Shown: one piece after another, positions 39,519-49,362 of the stretch
Position numbering within the stretch: position 1 is the stretch's first letter
Layout of the letters: every line of letters begins with the position of its first letter
Origin: an uncultured SAR86 cluster bacterium
GTDB lineage: Bacteria > Pseudomonadota > Gammaproteobacteria > Magnimaribacterales > TMED112
Length of the DNA stretch: 64,000 bases
Reading direction: 5' to 3'
Assembly (NCBI GenBank): GCA_902526535.1
Contig: CABZLG010000002.1
Span: 28,017-92,016 of the forward strand
The notes under the pieces: model-generated
Told to the model about the DNA's origin: nothing
What the model saw: the letters and a program-made list of their open reading frames with translations, nothing else
The model's database searches: none
Made by a program: the position numbers and the translations under genes

Positions 39519-40805
39519 CTAAATAGCTTTTGATAACTCTTTTTTTAACCTTCCTCTGAAAGAAAAGTCATCTACAGTAATTGTATGTCTAGGCGATTGA
39601 ACTTGTTCAACATCTGGTTCATTAATCTCTTTATCGATAAGTTTATTAATTTCTCCATTAGGCATCCATTTTCCTGCTAGATGTTTTGCAGCCAATTTTG
39701 ATTGAAGTTCAGCACCAGGCCAAATACATCCTAATGGCTGAAAAAGCCCTATGAAATATAAATTTTTAATATCTCCTGGGATCATTCTGTGAAGAAGTCT
39801 GACAGCGCCATTTTCAAAATTAATTAAATCTTTTCTAAAAAATTTATGTTTTATTTTAAAGCCTGTACAAGCAATGATTACGTCATATTCTTCATGGGTA
39901 CCATCTTTGAAATAAACGTTTTTTCCATCCATTTTTTCTATATCTGGTTTGGGGGTTACCTTACCATGTCGAACAGAATTATAGAGATCGGAGTTTACTG
40001 TAGGATGTGTTGCGAGGACATGATTATCAACTTTAGGTAAGCCTATATCCTCATTTTTGCCCTGAAGCAGCTCAAGCATAAATTTCATAAATGGTAGCCT
40101 AATAAATTTAGGCAGAAGTCTGGCGCGCAATGCAAAAACATCTGTAGTCAAACCAAACATAAATTTTGGAATTAAAAAGTATCCCCTCCTCCAGCTTATA
40201 GTCGTTTTTTTCGAAATTCTCGACGTTTCGACTGCAACGTCACAAGCAGAATTTCCACCGCCGATTACTAATACTCTTTTATCTCTATAAGGAGCAGCTT
40301 TTTTATAGTCATGAGAGTGTAAAAAGTCGCCCGTGAATTTTCCTGGGTATTTTGGAAATCTCGGTTCATGATGATGGCCATTACAAACAATAAGAGCGTC
40401 AAAAATAAGGCTTGTTTGTTTTTGAGTTTCTAAATCTTTGTATGTAATTTTCCATTTATTATTTTTTAAATCCTCACAATTTATAACTTCAGTATTAAAT
40501 TTAATTTTTTCATTTAATTTAAAATTTTTTGCGTAATCAGAAAAATACTGAAGTAGCTCTTGATGAGAAGGATAATCTGAGGCAGTCTTAGGTAAGGGGA
40601 AATCTTCATAGAATGAGGTGTATTTTGAACTTATTATGTGAGTTGTCTCAAAAACACTTGAATGACCGGAGGGATCATCAAACCGCCAATTACCACCTAC
40701 ACCTGAACATCGCTCAAAACCTGTTACGTCGAAGCCTTGATCTTTAAAATTTTTTAGGGCAGCTATTCCTGACGGACCTGCGCCTATTATTGCTACTTTT
40801 TTCAT
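39519..40805 (-). CDS. class B flavin-containing monooxygenase
   Basis: 428 aa with FAD motif IIGAGPSG, FMO-identifying motif FTGDFLHSHDY, NADPH motif VIGGGNSACD and ACTGF. Confidence 0.85.
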   Translation of the reverse strand: MKKVAIIGAGPSGIAALKNFKDQGFDVTGFERCSGVGGNWRFDDPSGHSSVFETTHIISSKYTSFYEDFPLPKTASDYPSHQELLQYFSDYAKNFKLNEKIKFNTEVINCEDLKNNKWKITYKDLETQKQTSLIFDALIVCNGHHHEPRFPKYPGKFTGDFLHSHDYKKAAPYRDKRVLVIGGGNSACDVAVETSRISKKTTISWRRGYFLIPKFMFGLTTDVFALRARLLPKFIRLPFMKFMLELLQGKNEDIGLPKVDNHVLATHPTVNSDLYNSVRHGKVTPKPDIEKMDGKNVYFKDGTHEEYDVIIACTGFKIKHKFFRKDLINFENGAVRLLHRMIPGDIKNLYFIGLFQPLGCIWPGAELQSKLAAKHLAGKWMPNGEINKLIDKEINEPDVEQVQSPRHTITVDDFSFRGRLKKELSKAI

Positions 40806-40854
40806 TTTTATTTTGAATTATCTATGCTTAAATTTATATTATACAAATTAGTTT

Positions 40855-41658
40855 ATGTCTCAAGTAATTGAAGCCAATTGCCCTATATTGTCCAACCCAC
40901 CATGGAAAGGTGGAAAAGCAAAATTTCGTCTTGGCCTTAAACCAATTAATTTAGATGAATGGTTTGATGCAACAATAAGCGCTGAAATATATAAACATAA
41001 AAAATCTTTAATTGATTTCAAATACGATGAAGTCATTGCTGCCACAACTGATTCTAGTGAATCTCAAATTTATTTAAGTGAAAAGATAACAGGACATAAT
41101 GAAGATTATCCAGATTTAATAGCAAATATATCTCTTCGAGTTCCAGATGATTTATGTATTATTCAGTCTACTGGAGAACAAAAACTCTTAGCTGCATCGG
41201 TGTGTTCGCCAAGCTATTGGAATTTAAAGGAAAAGATAGGCAAATCCTTAAGAGAAGTTCATAAACCTGTAAAATCACTTAATGAAAAAATTGGCAATCC
41301 AATTGAGAAATTCATTTCGAATGCCCCTCTTAATTTGCCTTTTAAGAGAGAAAATTGGTTTATTCATGGCGATAGCAATAGATATCACATAAAAACCGAG
41401 GGAATGCCTAAAACACCTATTGAAAAGTGGGTGATAAGGTCTGAAAGGGAGACCTTATGTAGATATCATGAAAAATATACTTTATTTGCAATAAATGTCC
41501 GATTCTCTAAATTTTTGAACTTACTTGATTATCCTGAAGCTGCTAATGAAATGTTATGCTCATTGAGCACTTTCGACGATGAAGAAATAAAATATTTTGG
41601 CGGCGAAAATAAAGTTTCTAAAATCAAGTCCTTTTTGCAGACTCATTTAAAGAATTAA
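40855..41658 (+). CDS. DUF3445 family protein (family of the heme-dependent oxidative N-demethylase alpha subunit)
   Basis: 267 aa. The stretches VPDDLCIIQ, CSPSYWNLKEKIGKSLREVHKPV and ERETLCRY...LFAINV match my memory of DUF3445 consensus features. Confidence 0.65.
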   Translation: MSQVIEANCPILSNPPWKGGKAKFRLGLKPINLDEWFDATISAEIYKHKKSLIDFKYDEVIAATTDSSESQIYLSEKITGHNEDYPDLIANISLRVPDDLCIIQSTGEQKLLAASVCSPSYWNLKEKIGKSLREVHKPVKSLNEKIGNPIEKFISNAPLNLPFKRENWFIHGDSNRYHIKTEGMPKTPIEKWVIRSERETLCRYHEKYTLFAINVRFSKFLNLLDYPEAANEMLCSLSTFDDEEIKYFGGENKVSKIKSFLQTHLKN

Positions 41659-42976
41659 AATACTCTTTAGCAGAATTCATCACTTTCGGTGCTAACCATA
41701 GTGTTGAAACTAGCGTAGGAATTGCCATCATTGCGAAAGCACCATCAATAATGTTTAAAGCGGTATCTAGTGATATAACCGCAAATATCACAATCATAAG
41801 AATGAAAATATAGGTATATATTTGGCTGCCTTTTTCACCAAAAAGAAATTTTGCACATGATGAGCCGTAATATGAATATGTAAAAATAGTACTTATTCCA
41901 AAACAAAGAACGCATAAAAATACAACAAATGAACCTACTGGGCCCAAGATATTATTAAAAGCCTCTGCAGTTAATGTAACGCCTTGAGCGTCAGAGTTTT
42001 GCCATACACCTGAAATAAGGATGAGCACAGCAGTGGCTGTACACATTATCAAGGTATCAAATATTGGGCCAGTCATTGCTACAAGACCCTGTTTTACAGG
42101 ATGCGATGCTTTTGCTGATCCATGCACTAATGACTCAGTACCAATACCAGCTTCATTAGAAAATGCTCCCCTTCTTACACCAACAATTATTACTCCCATG
42201 ATGCTGCCACTCGCTACTGCTGATCCGGTAAAGGCATCAGAAATTATTAAGGATAAAGATGGAAAAAATTCGTTAATATTAAGTGCAATACAAATTAAAA
42301 CTGCTCCAAAATATATGCAACTCATTAGCGGCACTAAGTATGACGCAACATTTGCAATTCTCTTTAATCCACCAATAACAACGATAGCAGTGACAATCGC
42401 CAGAAATATACCAGCGATAAGTTCAAAATTCTCTACGCCTGGGAAATAAAGATCTTTTGATATTTGAACAAGTTGATTGCTTTGAAACCCTGGTAAACAT
42501 CCTATTATTCCAAAAATAGCAAAGAAATATGCAAGTGGAAGCATATAGTTTGGCAAAGCATTTTTAATTACATACATAGGTCCTGCATTTGTTGTACCGT
42601 CAGGATTAACATCTCGATACATTACTGACAAGGTGCAGGTAAAAAATTTTGTAGCTATACCTACAATGGCTGTAAGCCACATCCAAAATATAGCTCCAGG
42701 ACCACCAAGTTGAATTGCAACCGCAACTCCTGCAATATTCCCGAGTCCTATTGTTCCTGATAGTGCTGCAGTTAAAGCTTTAAAATGACTGACATCTCCA
42801 ACATCACTTTCCTTAGAGTATTTTCCTGTAAGAAGTGCAAATGCATGCGGTAGATATTTGAAGGGCCGTAAACCTGAAAAAATTAAAAAGAAAATACCTG
42901 AACCTACAAGAAATATCACCAACCATGGGCCCCAAGCCAACGTAGCAAATTGTTCAGCTAGATAATCAAAGGACAT
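41624..42976 (-). CDS. sodium:alanine (AGCS family) symporter
   Basis: 450 aa with FKALTAALSGTIGLGNIAGVAVAIQLGGPGAIFWMW, typical of the AGCS family. Confidence 0.88.
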   Translation of the reverse strand: MSFDYLAEQFATLAWGPWLVIFLVGSGIFFLIFSGLRPFKYLPHAFALLTGKYSKESDVGDVSHFKALTAALSGTIGLGNIAGVAVAIQLGGPGAIFWMWLTAIVGIATKFFTCTLSVMYRDVNPDGTTNAGPMYVIKNALPNYMLPLAYFFAIFGIIGCLPGFQSNQLVQISKDLYFPGVENFELIAGIFLAIVTAIVVIGGLKRIANVASYLVPLMSCIYFGAVLICIALNINEFFPSLSLIISDAFTGSAVASGSIMGVIIVGVRRGAFSNEAGIGTESLVHGSAKASHPVKQGLVAMTGPIFDTLIMCTATAVLILISGVWQNSDAQGVTLTAEAFNNILGPVGSFVVFLCVLCFGISTIFTYSYYGSSCAKFLFGEKGSQIYTYIFILMIVIFAVISLDTALNIIDGAFAMMAIPTLVSTLWLAPKVMNSAKEYFNSLNESAKRT

Positions 42977-43536
42977 TATTTATCTGTTATCAGCTCAATA
43001 TCCTTTAGAAATAAGTTAACCTTAAAATCTCGACCATATCCAGCAAAAGCAATTTCTCTGAAATTTTGTGGTTTAAATGATTTGAAAGAATATCCATATT
43101 TTTCGAAGTCATTGAATTCTATAAAGAACTCCTGCCACTGTTCATTGACCATAAATTCTTTTCTGAAAAAAGACCATGGAGGCAATTTCATACCACTTAA
43201 AGTGATATGAATTTCATAAGCTTCGTTATTTCCTTTTGCCATAAACTTTAGTCCTTTAGCAGAATTTGGCAGTTCATTTTTTGATTGACACCCCATTCTT
43301 ACAAAACCACCATTATTTTCAGTTGTTACCTCTCCTATTAAGTGAATGTATTCATCAGAAGATAAAGTTGAATTTTCTTCAAGGGTTGACCTCCCCCCCA
43401 TTACATCGTCTGTGTAGATTTTGAGGGTCGATTTTCCACCCATAACATTATCTGTGTATAAATTACACTGAGCAGAATTCTCTTCATCCGAATTAATAAA
43501 CATAGACAATAAAAAGACTACATATATTTTTTTCAT
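42976..43536 (-). CDS. CIA30 (complex I intermediate-associated protein 30-like) domain protein with N-terminal signal
   Basis: 186 aa with a DxVMGGxS motif (present twice), ENNGGFVRM and GLKFMAKGNN. Its TAA overlaps the symporter ATG by 1 nt. Confidence 0.7.
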   Translation of the reverse strand: MKKIYVVFLLSMFINSDEENSAQCNLYTDNVMGGKSTLKIYTDDVMGGRSTLEENSTLSSDEYIHLIGEVTTENNGGFVRMGCQSKNELPNSAKGLKFMAKGNNEAYEIHITLSGMKLPPWSFFRKEFMVNEQWQEFFIEFNDFEKYGYSFKSFKPQNFREIAFAGYGRDFKVNLFLKDIELITDK

Positions 43537-43594
43537 TGGTATAGTTTATTTTATTTGCAGACATAAAGGTTAAATAAAAATACAATATATTTCT

Positions 43595-45589
43595 ATGAAA
43601 AACGTTATAACCTTCGTACTTTTATTCTCATTCATTACAGCTACTGCAGAAGTAAAAAACCAGTTTGCAACACTACCTGATATTTACTCCATTAAAATTT
43701 CACCAGATGGAAAAAGTGTAGGCATATTGAGAAAAATTGATGGTGAGAGAATGCTTAGTATTTTAGATTTACAAACTAACGAAGTGATATTTAATCATGA
43801 ATTCGTTAGAGGCGATGAAATTAATTCCTTTCACTGGGCCAGCGAAGATAGATTAATTTTTGAGTTATTAAGAGCTGGAAGAGATACTACTAGGTATTTC
43901 GCTACAGGACAGGTCTACTCGACAGATATTGACGGGAAAAAACAGATTATGCTTGCTGGGTATAACGCGAAACGTGAAGCTGTAAGAACTGGGCAAGGGA
44001 GCGCAAAGAGACCTGCTCAAGTTGCAAATATGATGCCTTATGATGAAGAGCATATTGTTGTTCAATTTTACGATAGTTCAGAATTTTTTGAATTATGGAA
44101 AATGAATATTTATAACGGCAGAATGAGCAAGATCACTACAGCACCAGTTAAGCAAGCAAATTTTATTTTTAATAATCAAGGTGAGGTTACTGGTGCAGTT
44201 GGCATGACATTGCAGAATGAGATGGTTTATTACATTTACAAGGAAAATTTACCAATTGAATATGATCCTCTTGACTGTCGAGAAGAGAACGATGATGAAA
44301 CATGTGTAAGGGTAAGAACTTCAAGACCAAAAGTCTCTGACTGGGAGTTTCTTGCGAAAGTTGATCCATTCAAAGCAATTTATCCTATTTCCTCGTTTGG
44401 AAGAAAGATTTATATGCTTGGTTACGGCGAAGGCAATAAATCTGATAGACGAGGCTTATATACCTACGATATTATTTCAAAAAAATATAATGAAATTTTC
44501 ACTCATCCTAGAGTTGATATTGAATTAGGAGCTGTTGCAGTTGATGACGCTAATCAAGTAATTGGTGTAAGGGTTGATGATGCTTATCCAGCAGCTGTTA
44601 TTCTTAAAAATGTTGAGAGTGACCTTAAAAATGCTTTCATGGAAATTCAAAAAAGTTATCCATATGAGCAGTTTTTTGTAACCTCTTCATCAGAAGACAA
44701 TAAGAAGTTAATTGTTTATATGACCTCAGACATTAACCCAGGAACCTATTTTCTGTATGACAGGGATCAAAGCAAATTTACTCCTTTAGCACGTAGTTGG
44801 TCAAAGATTGATTATCAAGGCCTAAACCAAATGATTGCATATGACTTTAATAATCGAGATGACGTTCCGATACAGGCATTTTTTACACAGGCAAAAAATA
44901 AATCTAACAATAAAACCGTTATTTACCCTCACGGAGGGCCTTGGGCAAGAGATTATTGGGGATTTGAACCTACAGCTCAATTTCTTGCAGAGAATAATTT
45001 TAATGTAATACAAATGAATATCAGAGGCTCATCAGGATATGGTTATGAATTTGGAGCAGAAGTTTTTGGTAATTTTGAAGAGGTTCTAGAAGATATTTAC
45101 GATGGAATAGAATTCTTTGATGCTGAAGGATTAATAGATAAAAATAATCTTTGTATCTATGGTATAAGTTATGGAGGGTATGCTGCGACAATGGCACCTA
45201 TCAATCGTCCAGATTTGTTTAAATGCGCTGCGAGTGACGCAGGTCTTTATGATATGGAAGCACAATATAAAAGAGGTGACATAAGAAGATCAAGAGGTGG
45301 CAAAGTTTTTCTTGATAGGGCTTTTAAAGGAAAAGACGGCAAGTTAGATGCTTCTCAATCACCAATAAATAGGGTTTCAGAAATGAAAGTTCCTTTTTTT
45401 CTGCTTCATGGAAAGAAAGATATAAGAACACCATATAAAGATGCCGAGCTATTCATGGAAGAGATGGATAGAAATAATATTTCATATGAAAAGATGATCA
45501 TTACAAAAGAAGAGCATGGTTTTTCCAATGAAGAAAATAGAGAAGCTTCTATGGAGAGACTGCTTAAATTTTTCAATAAATATCTTTAG
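43595..45589 (+). CDS. S9 family serine peptidase (prolyl oligopeptidase / dipeptidyl aminopeptidase type), secreted
   Basis: 664 aa with a signal peptide, a beta-propeller-length N-terminal region and the nucleophile motif GISYGGY, plus a C-terminal catalytic region (LLHGKKDIRTP, EEHGF). Confidence 0.85.
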   Translation: MKNVITFVLLFSFITATAEVKNQFATLPDIYSIKISPDGKSVGILRKIDGERMLSILDLQTNEVIFNHEFVRGDEINSFHWASEDRLIFELLRAGRDTTRYFATGQVYSTDIDGKKQIMLAGYNAKREAVRTGQGSAKRPAQVANMMPYDEEHIVVQFYDSSEFFELWKMNIYNGRMSKITTAPVKQANFIFNNQGEVTGAVGMTLQNEMVYYIYKENLPIEYDPLDCREENDDETCVRVRTSRPKVSDWEFLAKVDPFKAIYPISSFGRKIYMLGYGEGNKSDRRGLYTYDIISKKYNEIFTHPRVDIELGAVAVDDANQVIGVRVDDAYPAAVILKNVESDLKNAFMEIQKSYPYEQFFVTSSSEDNKKLIVYMTSDINPGTYFLYDRDQSKFTPLARSWSKIDYQGLNQMIAYDFNNRDDVPIQAFFTQAKNKSNNKTVIYPHGGPWARDYWGFEPTAQFLAENNFNVIQMNIRGSSGYGYEFGAEVFGNFEEVLEDIYDGIEFFDAEGLIDKNNLCIYGISYGGYAATMAPINRPDLFKCAASDAGLYDMEAQYKRGDIRRSRGGKVFLDRAFKGKDGKLDASQSPINRVSEMKVPFFLLHGKKDIRTPYKDAELFMEEMDRNNISYEKMIITKEEHGFSNEENREASMERLLKFFNKYL

Positions 45590-45595
45590 AGGTAA

Positions 45596-48202
45596 ATGAA
45601 TAATCCTGAGTTCAATACAGAATTAAAAGAATGGATAGAAGCACTTGAAAATACAATTCTTTCTGATGGGAAAGAATATTCAAAAGAACTGCTAAAAGCC
45701 CTTTTTACTGAAGCATCCCTCAAAGGAATTATTCTTGATGAGCTCAACGATCCTTCTTTTAAAAATACTGTTCAAAGCGATGAGGAGTTACCTTATCCAG
45801 GTAACTGGGATTTTGAAGAAAAAATTAGACATTTCATTCGTTGGAACAGTCTCTTGATGGTGCTTAAAGCAAATAAAGATGACGATCTAGGAGGTCATAT
45901 TTCTACCTACTCCTCAGCTGCGACACTTTATGAAGTTGGTTTCAATCACTTTTTTAGGGGCTCAGATAAACGACTCGGTGATCTTATATATTTTCAAGGC
46001 CATAGTTCTCCAGGAATCTACGCTAGGTCTTTTTTAGAAGGAAGACTTAAAAAGTATCAAATAGAAAATTTTAGAAAAGAAATTAAGGGAAAGGGTCTTT
46101 CTTCCTATCCACATCCTTGGTTAATGCCAGATTATTGGCAATTTCCAACTGTTTCTATGGGGCTTGGACCTATTTTTGGTATCTATCAAGCACACATCAT
46201 GAGATATCTTGAAAAGAGAGGACTAATTCAAGAAATTGAAGATAGAAAAGTTTGGGTTTATTGTGGAGATGGAGAAATGGATGAACCCGAATCAATGGGA
46301 GCTATTAGTCTAGCTGGAAGAGAAAATCTTAATAATTTAGTTTTTGTAATTAATTGCAATTTGCAAAGATTAGACGGTCCTGTAAGAGGAAATTCAAAAA
46401 TTGTTACTGAGCTAGCAAAACAGTTCAAAGGCGCTGGATGGAATGTAGTTAATTTGATATGGGGAAGGCATTGGGATGATCTAATTAATAATGATCAAAA
46501 AGGTTTGTTACAAAAAATTATGGATGAGACAGTAGATGGGGAATATCAGAATTTTAAAGCAAAAGGTGGAAAATATACTAGGGATAATTTTTTCGGGAAA
46601 AATCCTGAAGTTCTGAAAATGATTGAAAAATTCTCTGATGTTGAAGTTGAGAATCTCAATCGTGGAGGACATGATCCAATTAAAGTTTATAACGCTTATA
46701 GACTAGCATATGAAAACAAAACTAAACCAACTGTTATTTTGGCATTTACCATTAAAGGTTATGGAATTGGGTCAAGGCAGGCAGATAATACAACACATCA
46801 AGTTAAGAAATTAACAAAGGAAAATTTAGAGAACTTCATTGATAAATTTAATCTTCCTGTCAAAAAAAATAATTTAGATAACCCTGATTTCTTAGACCTA
46901 TCTAAGCATAAAGAGCTAAATAATTACTTACACGAAAGGAGAAAAGCATTAGGTGGATTCATTCCCGAAAGAAAGGTTTCAAAGGAAAAATTGAAAGCCA
47001 ATAAAGATACATTCGTGTCCTTTGATGATGCTGTAGAAAGGGAACAATCAACAACAATGATTTTTGTAAGATTACTAACAAAGCTTCTTAGAGATAAGTC
47101 TATAGGTGAAAGAGTTGTACCTATAGTGCCAGATGAAGCACGTACTTTTGGAATGGATGCCCTTTTCAGACAATTTGGTATTTATTCTTCAGAGGGACAG
47201 AAATATGAACCTGAAGATGCAGATAAAGTAATGTTTTATCGAGAGAGTGAATCGGGAATTATGCTTGAGGAGGGAATAAATGAAGCAGGTGCATTTTCTG
47301 CGTGGTTGGCATTAGCAACTTCTTATTCAAATAACCAACTTCCTATGATTCCTTTTTATATTTTTTATTCAATGTTTGGATTTCAAAGAATACATGATTT
47401 GGCTTGGGCAGCAGGTGACTCAAGAGCAAAAGGATTTCTTTTAGGAGCAACATCAGGGAGAACAACTCTAAATGGTGAGGGGCTTCAGCATCAAGATGGT
47501 CACAGTCACATCTTAGCTTCAACAATACCAAATTGCAGATCTTACGATCCCTGCTTTTCATACGAGGTTTCAAGTATTATTGATGAAGGGATAGATGATA
47601 TGTATGTAAAAGGCAATGACCGTTTTTATTATCTTACTTTAATGAATGAAAATTATTCACATCCAAAAAGACCGAAAAATGCAACAACTGAAAATATTAT
47701 TAAAGGGGCCTATAAGTATCTCGAAAATAAAGATCCATCCCTAAGAATTTTGGCATCTGGAGTAACCTTGAACTTTGCTGTAGATGCAGAAAAAGAACTC
47801 AAAAAATTAGGCATTTCCTCAGAAATTTGGTCGATAACAAGTTTCAATGAATTGTATAAAGATGGAATAGAAGTTGAAAGATTAAATAGATATGAAAATA
47901 AAAAAAATATTTCATATGTAGAGACATGTTTTTCAGAATGTTTGCCAACAGTAGCTGTATCGGAATATGTAAGAGCATATACAAATCAAATAAGACAATG
48001 GGTAAATGGTGACTATGTTACTTTAGGAACTGATGGTTTTGGTAGGAGTGACACTAGAGAAGAGTTAAGAAATTATTTTGAAATTAGCAAAGATCACTTA
48101 GTTATTAATGCTTTAATTGTCACTGGAAATAAGGATAAAGCTGAAAAATATATTAAAGATAAAAAAATAGACTTAAACTCAAAGGCTCCATGGCTAAGAT
48201 AA
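45596..48202 (+). CDS. aceE: pyruvate dehydrogenase E1 component (homodimeric type)
   Basis: 868 aa, colinear with E. coli AceE (GGHISTYSSAATLYEVGFNHFF, GDGEMDEPES). Confidence 0.93.
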   Translation: MNNPEFNTELKEWIEALENTILSDGKEYSKELLKALFTEASLKGIILDELNDPSFKNTVQSDEELPYPGNWDFEEKIRHFIRWNSLLMVLKANKDDDLGGHISTYSSAATLYEVGFNHFFRGSDKRLGDLIYFQGHSSPGIYARSFLEGRLKKYQIENFRKEIKGKGLSSYPHPWLMPDYWQFPTVSMGLGPIFGIYQAHIMRYLEKRGLIQEIEDRKVWVYCGDGEMDEPESMGAISLAGRENLNNLVFVINCNLQRLDGPVRGNSKIVTELAKQFKGAGWNVVNLIWGRHWDDLINNDQKGLLQKIMDETVDGEYQNFKAKGGKYTRDNFFGKNPEVLKMIEKFSDVEVENLNRGGHDPIKVYNAYRLAYENKTKPTVILAFTIKGYGIGSRQADNTTHQVKKLTKENLENFIDKFNLPVKKNNLDNPDFLDLSKHKELNNYLHERRKALGGFIPERKVSKEKLKANKDTFVSFDDAVEREQSTTMIFVRLLTKLLRDKSIGERVVPIVPDEARTFGMDALFRQFGIYSSEGQKYEPEDADKVMFYRESESGIMLEEGINEAGAFSAWLALATSYSNNQLPMIPFYIFYSMFGFQRIHDLAWAAGDSRAKGFLLGATSGRTTLNGEGLQHQDGHSHILASTIPNCRSYDPCFSYEVSSIIDEGIDDMYVKGNDRFYYLTLMNENYSHPKRPKNATTENIIKGAYKYLENKDPSLRILASGVTLNFAVDAEKELKKLGISSEIWSITSFNELYKDGIEVERLNRYENKKNISYVETCFSECLPTVAVSEYVRAYTNQIRQWVNGDYVTLGTDGFGRSDTREELRNYFEISKDHLVINALIVTGNKDKAEKYIKDKKIDLNSKAPWLR

Positions 48203-49362
48203 ATACAATTGCATTAAAAATTCCAAATTTAGGTGAAGCAGAATCAACAGAAATAATAGAAGTAAATATAAAAGTTGGTGACAAAGTAAATGTGAATGAC
48301 CCATTAATAGTACTTGAATCAGAGAAGGCAGCTATGGAAGTCCCATCAGATTTTCAAGGAGAAATTAGCGAAATACTTATTAAGGAGGGCGATAGTGTTC
48401 ACGAAGGGATGGAATTTGCAAAGATTAAAGCAGAAACAGAAGAAAAAGAAGCTGAAGTAAAAGAAGAAAAAGAAAAAGAGATAGTTAAAGAAGAAAAAAT
48501 AATTAATAGACCTGCAATAGATTTTACTGGCATTAATGCAGGCCCAGCTGTAAGAAAATATGCACGTGAATTAGAAATAAATCTCAGTGTTATCCAGGGT
48601 ACAGGCAAAAACAAAAGAATTACAAAAGAAGACCTTAAAACTCATATCCACTCAAATAAATCAGGTTTAAGTTTTAAAACCTATAAAGAAAGTGATTTTG
48701 TTAATGAAGGTTCCTTTAAAATTCAAAAACTCTCTAAGATTCAATCTCTAGGAGCGAAAAATTTACATGAATCATGGGTAACAATTCCACATGTAACACA
48801 TTTTGAAGAAGCAGACCTAGCAGCAATAAATAAATTGAGAAAGGATAAGAAATTGTCAGTTTTAGCGTATTTTGTTCATGCTTTATGCCAAATTTTGAGG
48901 GAGTTTCCCTCATTCAACTCCTCTCTTGTCGATGGAGAGAGCCTTTTATTGAAAGAATATATAAATATTGGCATCGCTGTGGATACAGAAATGGGTTTAG
49001 TAGTTCCTGTTATAAAAGATGCTGATAAATTATCTGTGGAAAATATTTCAAAAAAAATTGAAGAGCTCGCAGGAAAAGCACGAGATAGAAAATTGTTCGA
49101 AAAAGATTTAACTGGTGCGACCTTTACCGTTTCTAGTCTTGGAAAAATCGGAGGCATAGGTTTTACACCGATAATAAACCCTCCTGAGGTTGGAATTATC
49201 TCAATTTCTAGATCGCGAAATGATGTTGAATTGCAAAATGGAGAAGTAAAGGAAAAGGTTATTATACCTTTTGGTTTGTCTTATGATCATAGGGTAATAA
49301 ATGGTGCTGATGCAGGCAGATTTTCGTTAGCGCTTAAAGAAAAGTTAGAATCATTATCTTGA
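48190..49362 (+). CDS. aceF: dihydrolipoamide acetyltransferase E2, single lipoyl domain
   Basis: 390 aa with one lipoyl domain (LESEKAAMEVPS), a K/E linker, a peripheral-subunit-binding domain (GPAVRKYARELEINL) and the catalytic DHRVINGA. Confidence 0.9.
   Translation: MAKINTIALKIPNLGEAESTEIIEVNIKVGDKVNVNDPLIVLESEKAAMEVPSDFQGEISEILIKEGDSVHEGMEFAKIKAETEEKEAEVKEEKEKEIVKEEKIINRPAIDFTGINAGPAVRKYARELEINLSVIQGTGKNKRITKEDLKTHIHSNKSGLSFKTYKESDFVNEGSFKIQKLSKIQSLGAKNLHESWVTIPHVTHFEEADLAAINKLRKDKKLSVLAYFVHALCQILREFPSFNSSLVDGESLLLKEYINIGIAVDTEMGLVVPVIKDADKLSVENISKKIEELAGKARDRKLFEKDLTGATFTVSSLGKIGGIGFTPIINPPEVGIISISRSRNDVELQNGEVKEKVIIPFGLSYDHRVINGADAGRFSLALKEKLESLS

Noticed and set aside
39519-40805. 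FMO as trimethylamine monooxygenase (Tmm).
   Set aside because: The N-terminal region after GAGPSG (ALKNFKDQGFDVTGFERCSGVGGNWRF) does not resemble the Tmm sequences I remember (…FEKQ..WGG.WNYTWRTG…). Only the generic class B FMO motifs are shared, so no substrate-specific call is made.
48428-48503. Purine-rich GAA/AAA repetitive stretch, considered as a possible tandem repeat or slippage element.
   Set aside because: It encodes the K/E-rich flexible linker (ETEEKEAEVKEEKEKEIVKEEK) between the lipoyl and subunit-binding domains of AceF. This is an expected low-complexity feature, with no exact DNA repeat unit.
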